The notes below the pieces were generated by a model, which saw only the letters and a program-made list of their open reading frames with translations, was not told where the DNA came from and did not search any database. From the NCBI GenBank assembly GCA_045648425.1, contig JAZRNV010000089.1, forward strand, positions 17,691 through 81,690: a stretch of DNA of 64,000 nt, written 5' to 3'. Source of the DNA: Acutalibacteraceae bacterium. GTDB lineage: Bacteria; Bacillota; Clostridia; Oscillospirales; Acutalibacteraceae. Each line of letters begins with the position of its first letter. Position 1 is the stretch's first letter. A program made the translations under genes and the position numbers. Of the stretch, positions 36,369-45,984 are shown one piece after another.

Positions 36369-37628
36369 TTATCTTATTTGGCCATCGCCTTTTATTATGT
36401 ATTTGTAGGTACACAGCTCACCCAAGCCCATAGGGCCTCTTGCGTGCAGGCGCTGTGTAGATATGCCCATTTCGCATCCAAGCCCAAACTCGCCACCATC
36501 GGTAAAACGCGTAGACACGTTAACATATACCGATGAGCTGTCAACCATTCGGGTAAAGAGCTTGGCGGCATCCTCATTTTGGGTAACAATGGCCTCGCTG
36601 TGGCCGGTAGAGTGGGCGGCTATATGACCTGCCGCATCCTCAACCCCATCAACAACCTTGACGGCAAGAATGTAATCCAAAAACTCGGTGTCAAAGTCGG
36701 TCGCTGAAGCAGGTGTGCCATCAATATACTCGGCGGCTTGACTGTCTAAACGCAATTCGACGGGAGTGAGGCCCTGCGCTGCTCGGTCATCCACCAGCAT
36801 TTTTTGCATAAGGGGTAAAAATTCGGAGGCAATATCCTTGTGAACAAGACAAACCTCAGCCGCATTGCATACTGAGGGACGGCTTGTTTTTGCATTGTTT
36901 ATAATGCTGAGCGCCTTTTGAAGGTCAGCGGCGCGGTCAATATAAACGTGGCAAATGCCTGTTCCCGTTTGAATGCAGGGCACCTTGGCATTTTCGGTGC
37001 AAGCCCTTATGAGCCCTGCCCCACCACGGGGTATAAGCAAATCAACATAGCCCACGGCGGTCATCAAACGGTTGGCGCCCTCCCGAGAGGTATCATCCAG
37101 CAGATTAATAACATCCTCGTGAATGTCTGCGGCCTCAAGGCCCTTTTTAAGCCATTTAACAATGGCGCTGCAGGAGCGGTGAGAATCACTGCCGCAACGC
37201 AGCACGCAAACACTGCCGCTCATTAAAGCAAGGGCGGCGGCGTCTGAGGTAACGTTTGGACGACTTTCATAAATAATAGCAATAACTCCCATAGGTACTG
37301 CTGTTTTTTCGATAATCATTCCGTTGGGGCGTGCTACCTTATCAAGCACCCTGCCAACGGGATCGGGCAAAGCTGCAACCTGGCGAATGCCCTCTGCCAT
37401 TGCTGCAATTCTTTTTTCATCCAGCTTAAGGCGGTCAAGCATTACATCGCTGATTTTGCCCTTGGCGGCCGCCATATCGGCATCGTTTGCCTCGAGAATA
37501 TCAGCGGTGCCTTTTATAAGATGTAAGGCCATCTGCTCAAGGGCCGCCTGCTTTTGCTCGGTTGACAGCAGCGCAGGAATGCTTTTAACTCCTTTGGCCG
37601 CAGACAGTATGCTGTCGGTTGTTCTCAT
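36369..37628 (-). CDS. proA: gamma-glutamyl phosphate reductase
   Basis: 419 aa. Aldehyde-dehydrogenase fold with the catalytic Cys context [12 protein letters not shown]. Confidence 0.9.
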   Translation of the reverse strand: MRTTDSILSAAKGVKSIPALLSTEQKQAALEQMALHLIKGTADILEANDADMAAAKGKISDVMLDRLKLDEKRIAAMAEGIRQVAALPDPVGRVLDKVARPNGMIIEKTAVPMGVIAIIYESRPNVTSDAAALALMSGSVCVLRCGSDSHRSCSAIVKWLKKGLEAADIHEDVINLLDDTSREGANRLMTAVGYVDLLIPRGGAGLIRACTENAKVPCIQTGTGICHVYIDRAADLQKALSIINNAKTSRPSVCNAAEVCLVHKDIASEFLPLMQKMLVDDRAAQGLTPVELRLDSQAAEYIDGTPASATDFDTEFLDYILAVKVVDGVEDAAGHIAAHSTGHSEAIVTQNEDAAKLFTRMVDSSSVYVNVSTRFTDGGEFGLGCEMGISTQRLHARGPMGLGELCTYKYIIKGDGQIR

Positions 37629-37630
37629 AG

Positions 37631-38395
37631 TCAGTTGCCCCCCGTAAAGCGTGTGCCCACCAATTTTCCATCAATAATATCATACAAATCGTCGGGTCTG
37701 GCGCCGTTGGTGATAACCATATCAACGCCTTCGCCGGTAACGATAGAGGCAGCTCGCAGTTTGGTAGTCATTCCACCCGTGCCCATTTTGCCCGAATGAC
37801 CTGCCAAAGAATAAATCTCATCATCAACCTTTTCGACAATAGAAATGAGCTTGGCGTTGGCATCGGTGTGGGGATCAGCGGTATAAAGTCCGTCAATATC
37901 GCTGAGCAACACAAGCAAGTCTGCTTTGGCGCAAACGGTTACAATGGCCGCCAGCGTATCGTTATCACCCACTGCAATTTCTTGAGTAGCAATGGTGTCA
38001 TTCTCGTTAATAATGGGCAAAACACCCAGTTCAAGCAAACGGTAAATTGTGTTTTCAAAATTTTGCTTGCGGTCGCTGTGGTCAAGGTCATCACCCGTTA
38101 GCAAAATCTGTGCCACCACGTGGTTATATTCGGTAAAAAGCTTGTCATAGGTGTACATCAGTTCGCATTGGCCGACTGCCGCAGCTGCTTGCTTTGTAGG
38201 CATATCGGTGGGTCGGTCTTGGATAGGCAGCTTGCCTATACCCATACCGATTGCGCCCGATGAAACCAATATTATTTCGTGACCTGCGTTTTTAAGGTCG
38301 CTGAGCACCTTGCACAGCATTTCAACCTGACGGATGTTTAAGCATCCCGTTGAGTGAGCCAAAGTGGAGGTGCCTACTTTTACTACTACTCTCAT
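37631..38395 (-). CDS. proB: glutamate 5-kinase (short form without PUA domain)
   Basis: 254 aa. [10 protein letters not shown]-terminus and amino-acid-kinase fold. The ORF ends before any PUA domain. Confidence 0.9.
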   Translation of the reverse strand: MRVVVKVGTSTLAHSTGCLNIRQVEMLCKVLSDLKNAGHEIILVSSGAIGMGIGKLPIQDRPTDMPTKQAAAAVGQCELMYTYDKLFTEYNHVVAQILLTGDDLDHSDRKQNFENTIYRLLELGVLPIINENDTIATQEIAVGDNDTLAAIVTVCAKADLLVLLSDIDGLYTADPHTDANAKLISIVEKVDDEIYSLAGHSGKMGTGGMTTKLRAASIVTGEGVDMVITNGARPDDLYDIIDGKLVGTRFTGGN

Positions 38396-38399
38396 ATTA

Positions 38400-39203
38400 T
38401 CACTTTCCCAATTCTTTCGTTCGGTTATAGGATGCGGTTACTGCATTGCCCACCAACCGGTAAAGCCCTTGATTTTCAAAGACGCGCACGCCTTCAATAG
38501 TACTGCCACCCGGAGAACACACCGCATCTTTCAATTTTTGGGGCTGCTCGCCGCTTTGAATAGCAAGGCGTGCCGCGCCTGCAACGGTATGCTCAGCATA
38601 CATAAGTGCCTTTTCTTTTGGCAAACCGCAGCTCTCTGCAGCCAATGCCAGCGCTTCGATAAACTGATAGACAAAGGCGGGGCCACAACCCGACAAAGCA
38701 CTGCCGGCATCAATCAATTCTTCGGGCAACGGGTCAAGCATACCTGCGCCCTGCATAAGACGGCAAAACTCTATTGTCTGAACTTCGGTAGTTTCCCTTG
38801 TGCAATAAAGTATTACTCCCCCGCCTACCGATGCAGGAGTGTTTGGCATAATGCGTATGGTTGGCACCTTGCCGCCTATATACTTGTGTATGGCGGCAAT
38901 TTCTACACCTGCAGCCATAGAAACAATAACAAATGGGGTTTTTCTTGACAAAAGCACCGGAGCCATTTCAGCCAAAACGGCAGCAATAATCTGTGGCTTG
39001 ACAGCCATAAATATAAACTCGGCCTCGGCCGCGCATTCAAGATTTGTGTAGGTTTTGCCGCCCAAAGCATCTGCCAGGGCTTGTGCTTTTGAAAGGTCGG
39101 CATCGGCAAACATAAGAAGGCAACCGCTTTGTGCCGCTGACTTTGCCAAAGCGCCGCCCATGTTACCGCAGCCGATAAAGGCCACCTTTGTGTTAATGCC
39201 CAT
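38400..39203 (-). CDS. proC: pyrroline-5-carboxylate reductase
   Basis: VAFIGCGNMGGAL Rossmann motif and a C-terminal PGGSTIEG region. The ATG at 39203 is preceded by AAAGGTGG (the ORF track starts at GTG 39215). Confidence 0.9.
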   Translation of the reverse strand: MGINTKVAFIGCGNMGGALAKSAAQSGCLLMFADADLSKAQALADALGGKTYTNLECAAEAEFIFMAVKPQIIAAVLAEMAPVLLSRKTPFVIVSMAAGVEIAAIHKYIGGKVPTIRIMPNTPASVGGGVILYCTRETTEVQTIEFCRLMQGAGMLDPLPEELIDAGSALSGCGPAFVYQFIEALALAAESCGLPKEKALMYAEHTVAGAARLAIQSGEQPQKLKDAVCSPGGSTIEGVRVFENQGLYRLVGNAVTASYNRTKELGK

Positions 39204-39236
39204 AACTCTTGCCACCTTTAAAAATAGTTATAAACT

Positions 39237-39265
39237 ATAATAACACTCTGCTTATATTATGTCAA
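39237..39265 (-). promoter_or_regulatory. sigma-A type promoter of proCBA
   Basis: Reverse strand reads TTGACA (39265..39260), a 17-nt spacer ending in TGT, then TATTAT (39242..39237). The leader is only about 27 nt, so there is no T-box. Confidence 0.6.
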
Positions 39266-39273
39266 GCGAGGGC

Positions 39274-39305
39274 AAAAAAACGACCTGCAGATAAACTGCA
39301 GGTCG
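39274..39305 (-). terminator. rho-independent terminator ending the large glycan-ABC operon
   Basis: CGACCTGCAG pairs with CTGCAGGTCG around a 5-nt loop, followed by TTTTTTT on the minus strand. Confidence 0.85.
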
Positions 39306-39314
39306 TAAAGCTTA

Positions 39315-40259
39315 TTAACCAACGATACCGGTACGCTCAACCGACTGAACAAAATAGCGCTGAAGAATGATATACATAATCAGCATAGGAAGCACAAACA
39401 ACAATGCGCCTGCCATAATCTTTGGTGTCAAGTTGAAGTAGTTGTTACCGGCTCCCAAGTCGCCACGCAGGTTGGACAACGCCTTAGCCAAGGTTCGTTT
39501 GCGTGAAATGAACTGGCTGGTGTAGAAGGTGTCATTCCAATACCACACGATGGAGAAGAGGAAAACAGTCAGGTAGGAACCCGATGCATTGGGAACCATA
39601 ATTCGATAGAAGGTCTTGAAAAATCCTGCGCCGTCAACCATTGCCGCCTCTTCGATTTCAACAGGAATGTTGCGGAAGAACTGGCGGAAAATGTAAACAT
39701 AAAGTCCGCTTCTGAGGCCGGTTGCGGTAAGTGCAGGCAGCCAGAACACAAGCCAGCTGTCTATGAGGTTTACGCTCCAGAACTCGGGCATACTCTTGCC
39801 GGCAAGCATCTCAATCAGAGGTGCAATTATCGGTATAGAGAACTCTTTGTACTGGAAGTACAGAGGAATGGTAATGGTTGCGCTGGGTACGATCAGGGTA
39901 AGCATTACCAATACAAACCACAGTCCGCTTGAACGGAATTTAAAGCGAGCAAATCCATAGCCAACCATTGAGCAAGAGATAAGCTGAAGCACGGTGCTGA
40001 CCAAGCTCATAACCAGAGTGGTTACGAATGCGTCGCCATATCGCATGGTTGTGAACGCTGTTTTAAACTGCTCAATGGTGAAGGCCTTAGGTATCCATAT
40101 AACTGAAGGGTCCATAACCTGGCTGTTAGGACGAACAGCCATAGATATCATATAAAGGATAGGATAAACGAGGATGTAAGAAAGGCCAATCAGCATTACA
40201 AATCTTACAAGCTTCCAAATCAGTGAACCAACTTCGGTAGCAATAATCTTTTTGTTCAT
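39315..40259 (-). CDS. carbohydrate ABC transporter permease (CUT1, MalG-like), pair B
   Basis: 314 aa with 6 TM helices. EAA loop EAAMVDGAGFFKTFYRIMVP. Confidence 0.85.
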   Translation of the reverse strand: MNKKIIATEVGSLIWKLVRFVMLIGLSYILVYPILYMISMAVRPNSQVMDPSVIWIPKAFTIEQFKTAFTTMRYGDAFVTTLVMSLVSTVLQLISCSMVGYGFARFKFRSSGLWFVLVMLTLIVPSATITIPLYFQYKEFSIPIIAPLIEMLAGKSMPEFWSVNLIDSWLVFWLPALTATGLRSGLYVYIFRQFFRNIPVEIEEAAMVDGAGFFKTFYRIMVPNASGSYLTVFLFSIVWYWNDTFYTSQFISRKRTLAKALSNLRGDLGAGNNYFNLTPKIMAGALLFVLPMLIMYIILQRYFVQSVERTGIVG

Positions 40260-40277
40260 TGTAACGTGACTCCTTTC

Positions 40278-41189
40278 TTACTTATTTGTCTGGTAGAACA
40301 CCAATCGGTTACCTACCAAGAACACAATGCCGACAATAACAAGCAGAACAATAAAGAACAACCATGCCATCAAGCTAGCCATTGAATAATTCAAGCTTTG
40401 GAAAGCGATAGAGTTGATATAAGACATAACCTCATTGTCTTTGCCTGTAATCGAGTCGATTATTGTGTAGATAACGTTAACCAAAATGATGGGTGATACG
40501 TTGGGGAATGTAACCTTCCAGAAAATTTCCCAACCGGTTGCACCCTCAATCTTGGCAGCTTCATAAAGCTGGGGTGATACGCCCTGCAACGCTGCAAGGA
40601 AGAGCAGTATTTGTACACCACATTTCCACAGCGTATCAAATATCTGGTTAACAATGGTGATGAAGCCCTCAATAAAGCTTTCGGGCAAATTCATTCCCTC
40701 AAGAATTTCGACCATACCTGCCGCCTGGAAAACGGTAGATGATGATTCACTTTCCATATTGCCGTAGAAGGTGTCACCCTTAATGATAGAGATAACAACA
40801 CCGGAGGTAACAACAACTGGCATAAAGAAGACTGCTCGAGCTATCAAACGGCCGCGGAACTCCTGATTAAGGATGATGGCCAAAAACAGCGAGAAAATTA
40901 CAACCACAGGTACGGTGTAAAGCATGCTGAGCAAGGTGTTACCAAGTTTTACCCAGAAGTCTGATTCGGCGCCAAACATATGCTCATAGTTGTCGAATCC
41001 TACAGGTTCAAGACTTATACCGCCGCCCTTTGCCGGCTGCATATTCTGAAAGGTATAATACAAAGATGTTGCAAGGGGTTGCAGATAGAAGCAACAGAAA
41101 CCGATTATGAAGGGAAGAACAAAGGCGAAACCGGCTCTGGCTCTGCGCTGTTGTTCGGTAAGAATTTTCTTACTTTTCTTAGCACCCAT
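40278..41189 (-). CDS. carbohydrate ABC transporter permease (CUT1, MalF/UgpA-like), pair B
   Basis: 303 aa. EAA loop EAAKIEGATGWEIFWKVTFP. Its ATG shares base 41189 with the upstream stop. Confidence 0.85.
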   Translation of the reverse strand: MGAKKSKKILTEQQRRARAGFAFVLPFIIGFCCFYLQPLATSLYYTFQNMQPAKGGGISLEPVGFDNYEHMFGAESDFWVKLGNTLLSMLYTVPVVVIFSLFLAIILNQEFRGRLIARAVFFMPVVVTSGVVISIIKGDTFYGNMESESSSTVFQAAGMVEILEGMNLPESFIEGFITIVNQIFDTLWKCGVQILLFLAALQGVSPQLYEAAKIEGATGWEIFWKVTFPNVSPIILVNVIYTIIDSITGKDNEVMSYINSIAFQSLNYSMASLMAWLFFIVLLVIVGIVFLVGNRLVFYQTNK

Positions 41190-43546
41190 TATTCAACCCC
41201 TCCTTCCGTAGTCTGCGATTGCACTGATGTTTTTTCAGCATATTCGGATGCAGTCATAACAAGATATCCGCCTGCTGAAACTGTTGCATCACCCAATGCG
41301 TAATCCTTGTCACCGTAGTTAACAAGCACTACTCTTTCGCCACCGTAAACGGTTGCACGAACATCAGTGGTGATTATGTCGTGATCGGTTATCTGCTTAT
41401 CGCAGTAGCCGTTAAGAACGCCTGCCAAAACCTTATAGTCTTTGGCGGCTACGTCTGCCCAAGTCTTGTACTGGCTGGTGTAGATCAAATTGTGACGGGT
41501 GTTAAGGAACACTGCACTTTCTGAATCGGTCAGTACATAGTAGGGTGCGGCACCGGTCTCAAGCTGACGGAGCAGCTGAATCTTGGTGTCGAAGGTAAGG
41601 TTATGAGCGGTCTCGGTATAGGTTATAAGACCGTGCAATGCCAACTGTGCAAAAGGTACATCGGTAAAGGTCATCTCATATCCGTTGCAATACATGGGCA
41701 AGCCTGCAACAACATCTGCGCTGACATAGCTGAATGCATTACCAACGTTAACCATCACCTTGCCGTCTTTGCCGAGGTTAGTCTTGATATTGGCAAGAGC
41801 ATCTCCCATCAAATCACTGGTCTGCTGAGCATCAGTGAAGCTGTCGTGAGAGTTGTTAAAGTCAGAATAGTTGTTTTCTGCAAGCGAACCGGCAGAAATG
41901 CCCTTAATAGCTTTAAGCTCATCATAATCAGCAAAGAATTTATCTACCTGAGTTTTGAAAAGCGAGGGCTTGCACAAATAATAGGTGTATGTGCTGGGCA
42001 TACCGGTGCTGCGCAGATAAATGGCCTGCTCAGAATGGTTATTAAGAATGTTGCGGATTGAGAATTTATTGGGCTTGCCCTTATACATCTTAACTACCTC
42101 AAGCTCGAGGTAGGTAGTGCCGCCCTGACTCTCAATATATTTATTGAGCTCTAACAGGTCATCCTTCTTGCCGAGCAAGGGTTCGTGCTTGGCATTGGAA
42201 ACTAAGCCGCCGTCAGCGCCGCCCTTTGTCCAACCGATATAACGCAGGTTGATGTTTTTAATATCTTTCTTATTAAGATATTCAACCATCGCTTTTGCCT
42301 GGCTGAAGGTGGTAGAGGTTTTTGTAACATCGGTTACAAAGCCCATAACCGATTCGGTCTTTTTGAAGGCACCCATTGTTTCAAGATAGAAGGGCAAATC
42401 TTCAGAAACCTCTGAGCCAACGCCCTGCTCAATAAGGTACTCGCGGTATGTCTGAGCCATTCCTACGTAATCGGCTTTTTCGCCATGGGTTGAGTAGAAA
42501 CGAACAGTTGCATTATCCAGATCGGTATGCTCAAGAGTTACCTGATCATAGTCCTTAATATTCCAGGCGTTTTTGGTGGTGAACACGTCGGTCTTGTTGT
42601 AAATAAACTCAACGTAAGCAGTGGTAAAGGGGAAGCTCTCACGGGCGCTTACCGCTTTAATCATTGCGCTTGCTTCACCGCGCTCGATTACACCCAGCCA
42701 TGCTCTGTCCCCTGCTTTAGTTCCTACCACAGGAAGAACGGTGCTCTCACTGCGTCCAAGCTTAAGGGTGGTGTTGAGCGCACTGTCACGGCCGTATACA
42801 TAGGCGCTGTAATACTTAACGCCGCCATCAAGTGCCGTAAAGCTGTTATCCATCAAAGCGCCGCTGCCGTCGGGAATAAGAACATAGCCATCTTCACCGT
42901 AAAGAGCACAACCGTAATAAGGCATAACAGAGATGCTGAGTATGCTGCTTTCGCTGTTTTTGTCAACCTTGATTTTGTTCATCTCAACGCTGACGTCAAA
43001 GTGGTTGTCCTTAAGGGTGTAGGTTAAGGGAAGAGTAAATCCTTTGCCTTCTTTGGCACCGGGGAACTCATAGGTAATACGAACACCGTTGTCGATTTTG
43101 TCGACCTTATAATTGCCTTCAACAACAGCAGTGGCAGAAAGACACTTTTGTGCTACCTTGCTCTTGTCTTGATAATTGATAATTGCCGACGACATAATTT
43201 CGGTGCGAAGCATTTCGTTTTCAATTGAAGTTGCCTTTGCAGGCACAGAATAGGTTACAGTGCCGGATTCAACATCCTTGACTGCAAAAACGATGTGCTT
43301 CTTTGCTTTTTCAAGCATATAAAGCTCGGTAGTTTTGTTGCCGGCTATCTTTTTGAATTCGTCGAGTCCCTCGTAAAGAGGCGCTACATCTGTCTTTATT
43401 GCACCGTCGCTGTCGCTGCCGATTGTTCCGGTATCAACAGGGGGAGTTTCTTCGTTGTCGGCAAAAACCGCAACGGAGCCCGATGCAATTACCATTGCAA
43501 GGATGGACAGTGCTGTAACGAACAAAAGTAATAATTTCTTTTTCAT
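41189..43546 (-). CDS. 785-aa secreted protein of unknown function (I recall DUF5696-type proteins in this context; unverified)
   Basis: Signal peptide MKKKLLLLFVTALSILAMVIASGSVAVFA. No motif I can assign. Segments such as GYVLIPDGSGALMD and NINLRYIGWTKGG hint at a glycan-processing fold. Confidence 0.4.
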   Translation of the reverse strand: MKKKLLLLFVTALSILAMVIASGSVAVFADNEETPPVDTGTIGSDSDGAIKTDVAPLYEGLDEFKKIAGNKTTELYMLEKAKKHIVFAVKDVESGTVTYSVPAKATSIENEMLRTEIMSSAIINYQDKSKVAQKCLSATAVVEGNYKVDKIDNGVRITYEFPGAKEGKGFTLPLTYTLKDNHFDVSVEMNKIKVDKNSESSILSISVMPYYGCALYGEDGYVLIPDGSGALMDNSFTALDGGVKYYSAYVYGRDSALNTTLKLGRSESTVLPVVGTKAGDRAWLGVIERGEASAMIKAVSARESFPFTTAYVEFIYNKTDVFTTKNAWNIKDYDQVTLEHTDLDNATVRFYSTHGEKADYVGMAQTYREYLIEQGVGSEVSEDLPFYLETMGAFKKTESVMGFVTDVTKTSTTFSQAKAMVEYLNKKDIKNINLRYIGWTKGGADGGLVSNAKHEPLLGKKDDLLELNKYIESQGGTTYLELEVVKMYKGKPNKFSIRNILNNHSEQAIYLRSTGMPSTYTYYLCKPSLFKTQVDKFFADYDELKAIKGISAGSLAENNYSDFNNSHDSFTDAQQTSDLMGDALANIKTNLGKDGKVMVNVGNAFSYVSADVVAGLPMYCNGYEMTFTDVPFAQLALHGLITYTETAHNLTFDTKIQLLRQLETGAAPYYVLTDSESAVFLNTRHNLIYTSQYKTWADVAAKDYKVLAGVLNGYCDKQITDHDIITTDVRATVYGGERVVLVNYGDKDYALGDATVSAGGYLVMTASEYAEKTSVQSQTTEGGVE

Positions 43547-43564
43547 TTTACATCACTCCATCCT

Positions 43565-44272
43565 TTAATAAGTAAATCTAAACACGAGTTCTTGATAAAT
43601 TGTAGTTGCAAAGTTGTAAATTTCCAAGAACAAGCTAAACATAAGAATCATCAAAAGCAACAGAACCAACACACCGAAAATGGTAAGAATCATTGAGAAA
43701 ATGCTCTTTCCGAAGGAGTACTGGTGCACTGTGGTGTTGGCTATAAATAGCAACAGCACCATCCAACCGAACACGATGGTTTCGGCGATGCCAATAAAGG
43801 CGCCTTCTTCGATTGTTGTTACCTTTGAGATAATTGCCAAGGGCACAATGGTCATTATCTGGGGCATAACTGAATAGCAGCTGCAAATCCAGATTTCTTT
43901 GAACCAACCCTCACCATCCATAAGGGTGCATATAGCCCAGTTGGATATGCTCCACAAAACGATGATGGCACCTGTGCTCATAAACAGGTTGAAAAGCTTA
44001 AGGTCTTCAACTCGGTTTTCGTTAAACTGGAAGCCGGTTTCCAAAAATGAAAACACTGCACTGAATGTCCACAGAATAAGAATGATAACCGACAGCAAAA
44101 CCGAGCCGCGCTTTTCATACTTGATTTCTGTGAAGGCCTGAACAGGATGGGTAAGCACTCTGAAAGGCCATATAATTTTTTGCCAATCCCAATTTTTGGG
44201 GTTCAGCTTTTGGGGGCTGAACTTGAAAGAAGCTTTTTTGGAATATTTGATTATATTTGCAATAGATCCCAT
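43565..44272 (-). CDS. Yip1-domain-like polytopic membrane protein
   Basis: 235 aa. A cytoplasmic N-terminus is followed by 5 hydrophobic helices. Strong RBS AAGGAGGGG. Confidence 0.55.
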   Translation of the reverse strand: MGSIANIIKYSKKASFKFSPQKLNPKNWDWQKIIWPFRVLTHPVQAFTEIKYEKRGSVLLSVIILILWTFSAVFSFLETGFQFNENRVEDLKLFNLFMSTGAIIVLWSISNWAICTLMDGEGWFKEIWICSCYSVMPQIMTIVPLAIISKVTTIEEGAFIGIAETIVFGWMVLLLFIANTTVHQYSFGKSIFSMILTIFGVLVLLLLMILMFSLFLEIYNFATTIYQELVFRFTY

Positions 44273-44286
44273 TATTCAACCCCTCC

Positions 44287-45930
44287 TTAACTAAATTTAA
44301 TGCGTTTTTTCTTGCGCTTAATGCCAAGACACTTCTGAATAAATCTGAAGATAAGCACAAAGACTACGCAAGCCACTACTACGGTAGGAACAAGCCACAT
44401 ATAGTTTTTACGCAAATATTCTTTGCGGTACTCTTGCAATGCAAGTGAATATGAGGTTCTGTCTTGACCTTGCTTGAGCCAGTAAAGTGACTCTTCATAC
44501 TTCTTTTGCTCGCGAAGAGATTTACCGATTGCTGCATATCCACGAGCAAAGTTTGCATCATACTTAAGAACGTTGCGCCAATATGGCTCGCCTTTCACAT
44601 AAAGTCCGTCGGTATAGAACTTGTTTGCCTCAAGCAACATGGACATATATTCGGTGGGACGGTATGTAACAATAGTACCGCGAGCTGCGTCCAGAACAAG
44701 ATAGCGGTCATTCAAGCGATCAATGGCGGTTGCAGAAGCAATGGTGCCTTCCGACGAGTTACCTGTTGCTTTAAAACCGAATGCGGTAAGGAGCATGCAG
44801 GATTGGTCGTAAAGGTAAATTCTGCTTCTTTCAACGTCCATACAAGCGATGATTCCGTTTTCATCTACCACAACGTCTTCAAGTCGTGTATCGGAAGTCA
44901 CGCGGTTACCGCCTGTAACATAGGAGCCGGCTTCTCGGTCACCAAAAACAACATCTACCAAAGCATTAACATCGGCGTTAAGGGTGTTGGTGCCGGATGC
45001 GTTAAGTTTTCTGACGCGAAGCTCTTTTTCAACGGTAGAGGTAGCTGTGGTTGTGTAGATAAAGCCCTCTTCATCTATATACATATTAGACATTTCGGTA
45101 GGAACTGCCTTTATACGGCCTTCGGTTGCTTTACGTGAGAAAATCTTTTTAATGGTTTGCTCAATAAGCAATCTCCAGGTAAGAACAACCTTGTTTGCAC
45201 CGTAGAAGGTGTCAAACTGTGCGCTGTCGTACTTGTAAACAATGATACCGTCCAGCACACCGTATGCCTGCAGGTAAAGGTAGTTGGAATCGTCAACTAC
45301 TACGCTGAGGGGCTGGAAGTCTTTGATGTTGGTTACAGAGCTTTCGGGACGAACATACTTACGAATAATATTGCCGTCCATATCAGCGCAAATGACATAT
45401 CCGTCTTTGCGCTCAGCTCCGTCTTTATCCTTTACGGTGATGTTGCAGCAAACGAACATCTCATCCTTGTCGGTGTCTTTGTTGTGACGAACAAACAGAC
45501 CCTGAGGTGAAGGGATAGGTTGCTTGGTGCCATCCTCTGCAGTGAAGGTGGTGTACTCGCGCAAGAACTTGTACTCAGTATCAAGCACGATAATTCGTCC
45601 ATATTCGGTGCTGTCAGAAGCATCCTTTTCGCCTTCGGCATCTAAGGTCTCAATATTTACACCTGAACTGTCGGTTATCCAAATTTCTTTGTTGTCAAAC
45701 ACGAACATATCTTGAGGAGTAGACAGGTTTTCAGCCAAGCCCATATCCTCATAATCTATTGTTCCGGCGGGCAAATAGCCAACGGGAGCAGCGGTGCTGA
45801 CTCCGTATGGGTCATAGTTGTATCCCTCATAAGGAGGTGATGACAATGCCGATACCGGAAGAACCATAACTGTTGCCATAATGGCAAGAACCATTATCAC
45901 GGCAACTGCATTAGCTGCAATTCTTCTCAT
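44287..45930 (-). CDS. extracytoplasmic beta-propeller-like (NHL/YVTN-type) protein with TPR-like segment and C-terminal TM anchor
   Basis: 547 aa. N-terminal signal/TM segment (AVAVIMVLAIMATVMVLPVSALS) and a repetitive beta-rich middle. The C-terminal YAAIGKSLREQKKYEESLYWLKQG is TPR-like. This is followed by TM LVPTVVVACVVFVLIF and a KRKKKR tail. Confidence 0.45.
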   Translation of the reverse strand: MRRIAANAVAVIMVLAIMATVMVLPVSALSSPPYEGYNYDPYGVSTAAPVGYLPAGTIDYEDMGLAENLSTPQDMFVFDNKEIWITDSSGVNIETLDAEGEKDASDSTEYGRIIVLDTEYKFLREYTTFTAEDGTKQPIPSPQGLFVRHNKDTDKDEMFVCCNITVKDKDGAERKDGYVICADMDGNIIRKYVRPESSVTNIKDFQPLSVVVDDSNYLYLQAYGVLDGIIVYKYDSAQFDTFYGANKVVLTWRLLIEQTIKKIFSRKATEGRIKAVPTEMSNMYIDEEGFIYTTTATSTVEKELRVRKLNASGTNTLNADVNALVDVVFGDREAGSYVTGGNRVTSDTRLEDVVVDENGIIACMDVERSRIYLYDQSCMLLTAFGFKATGNSSEGTIASATAIDRLNDRYLVLDAARGTIVTYRPTEYMSMLLEANKFYTDGLYVKGEPYWRNVLKYDANFARGYAAIGKSLREQKKYEESLYWLKQGQDRTSYSLALQEYRKEYLRKNYMWLVPTVVVACVVFVLIFRFIQKCLGIKRKKKRIKFS

Positions 45931-45984
45931 TATTATCCTCCGTTCAAACCGCCTTGGCGGTGTTAGTTTTTTTGTTGATGTATA

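Noticed and set aside
38400-39265. T-box or attenuator control of proCBA
   Set aside because: The promoter-to-ATG distance is only about 27 nt, which leaves no room for a leader RNA.
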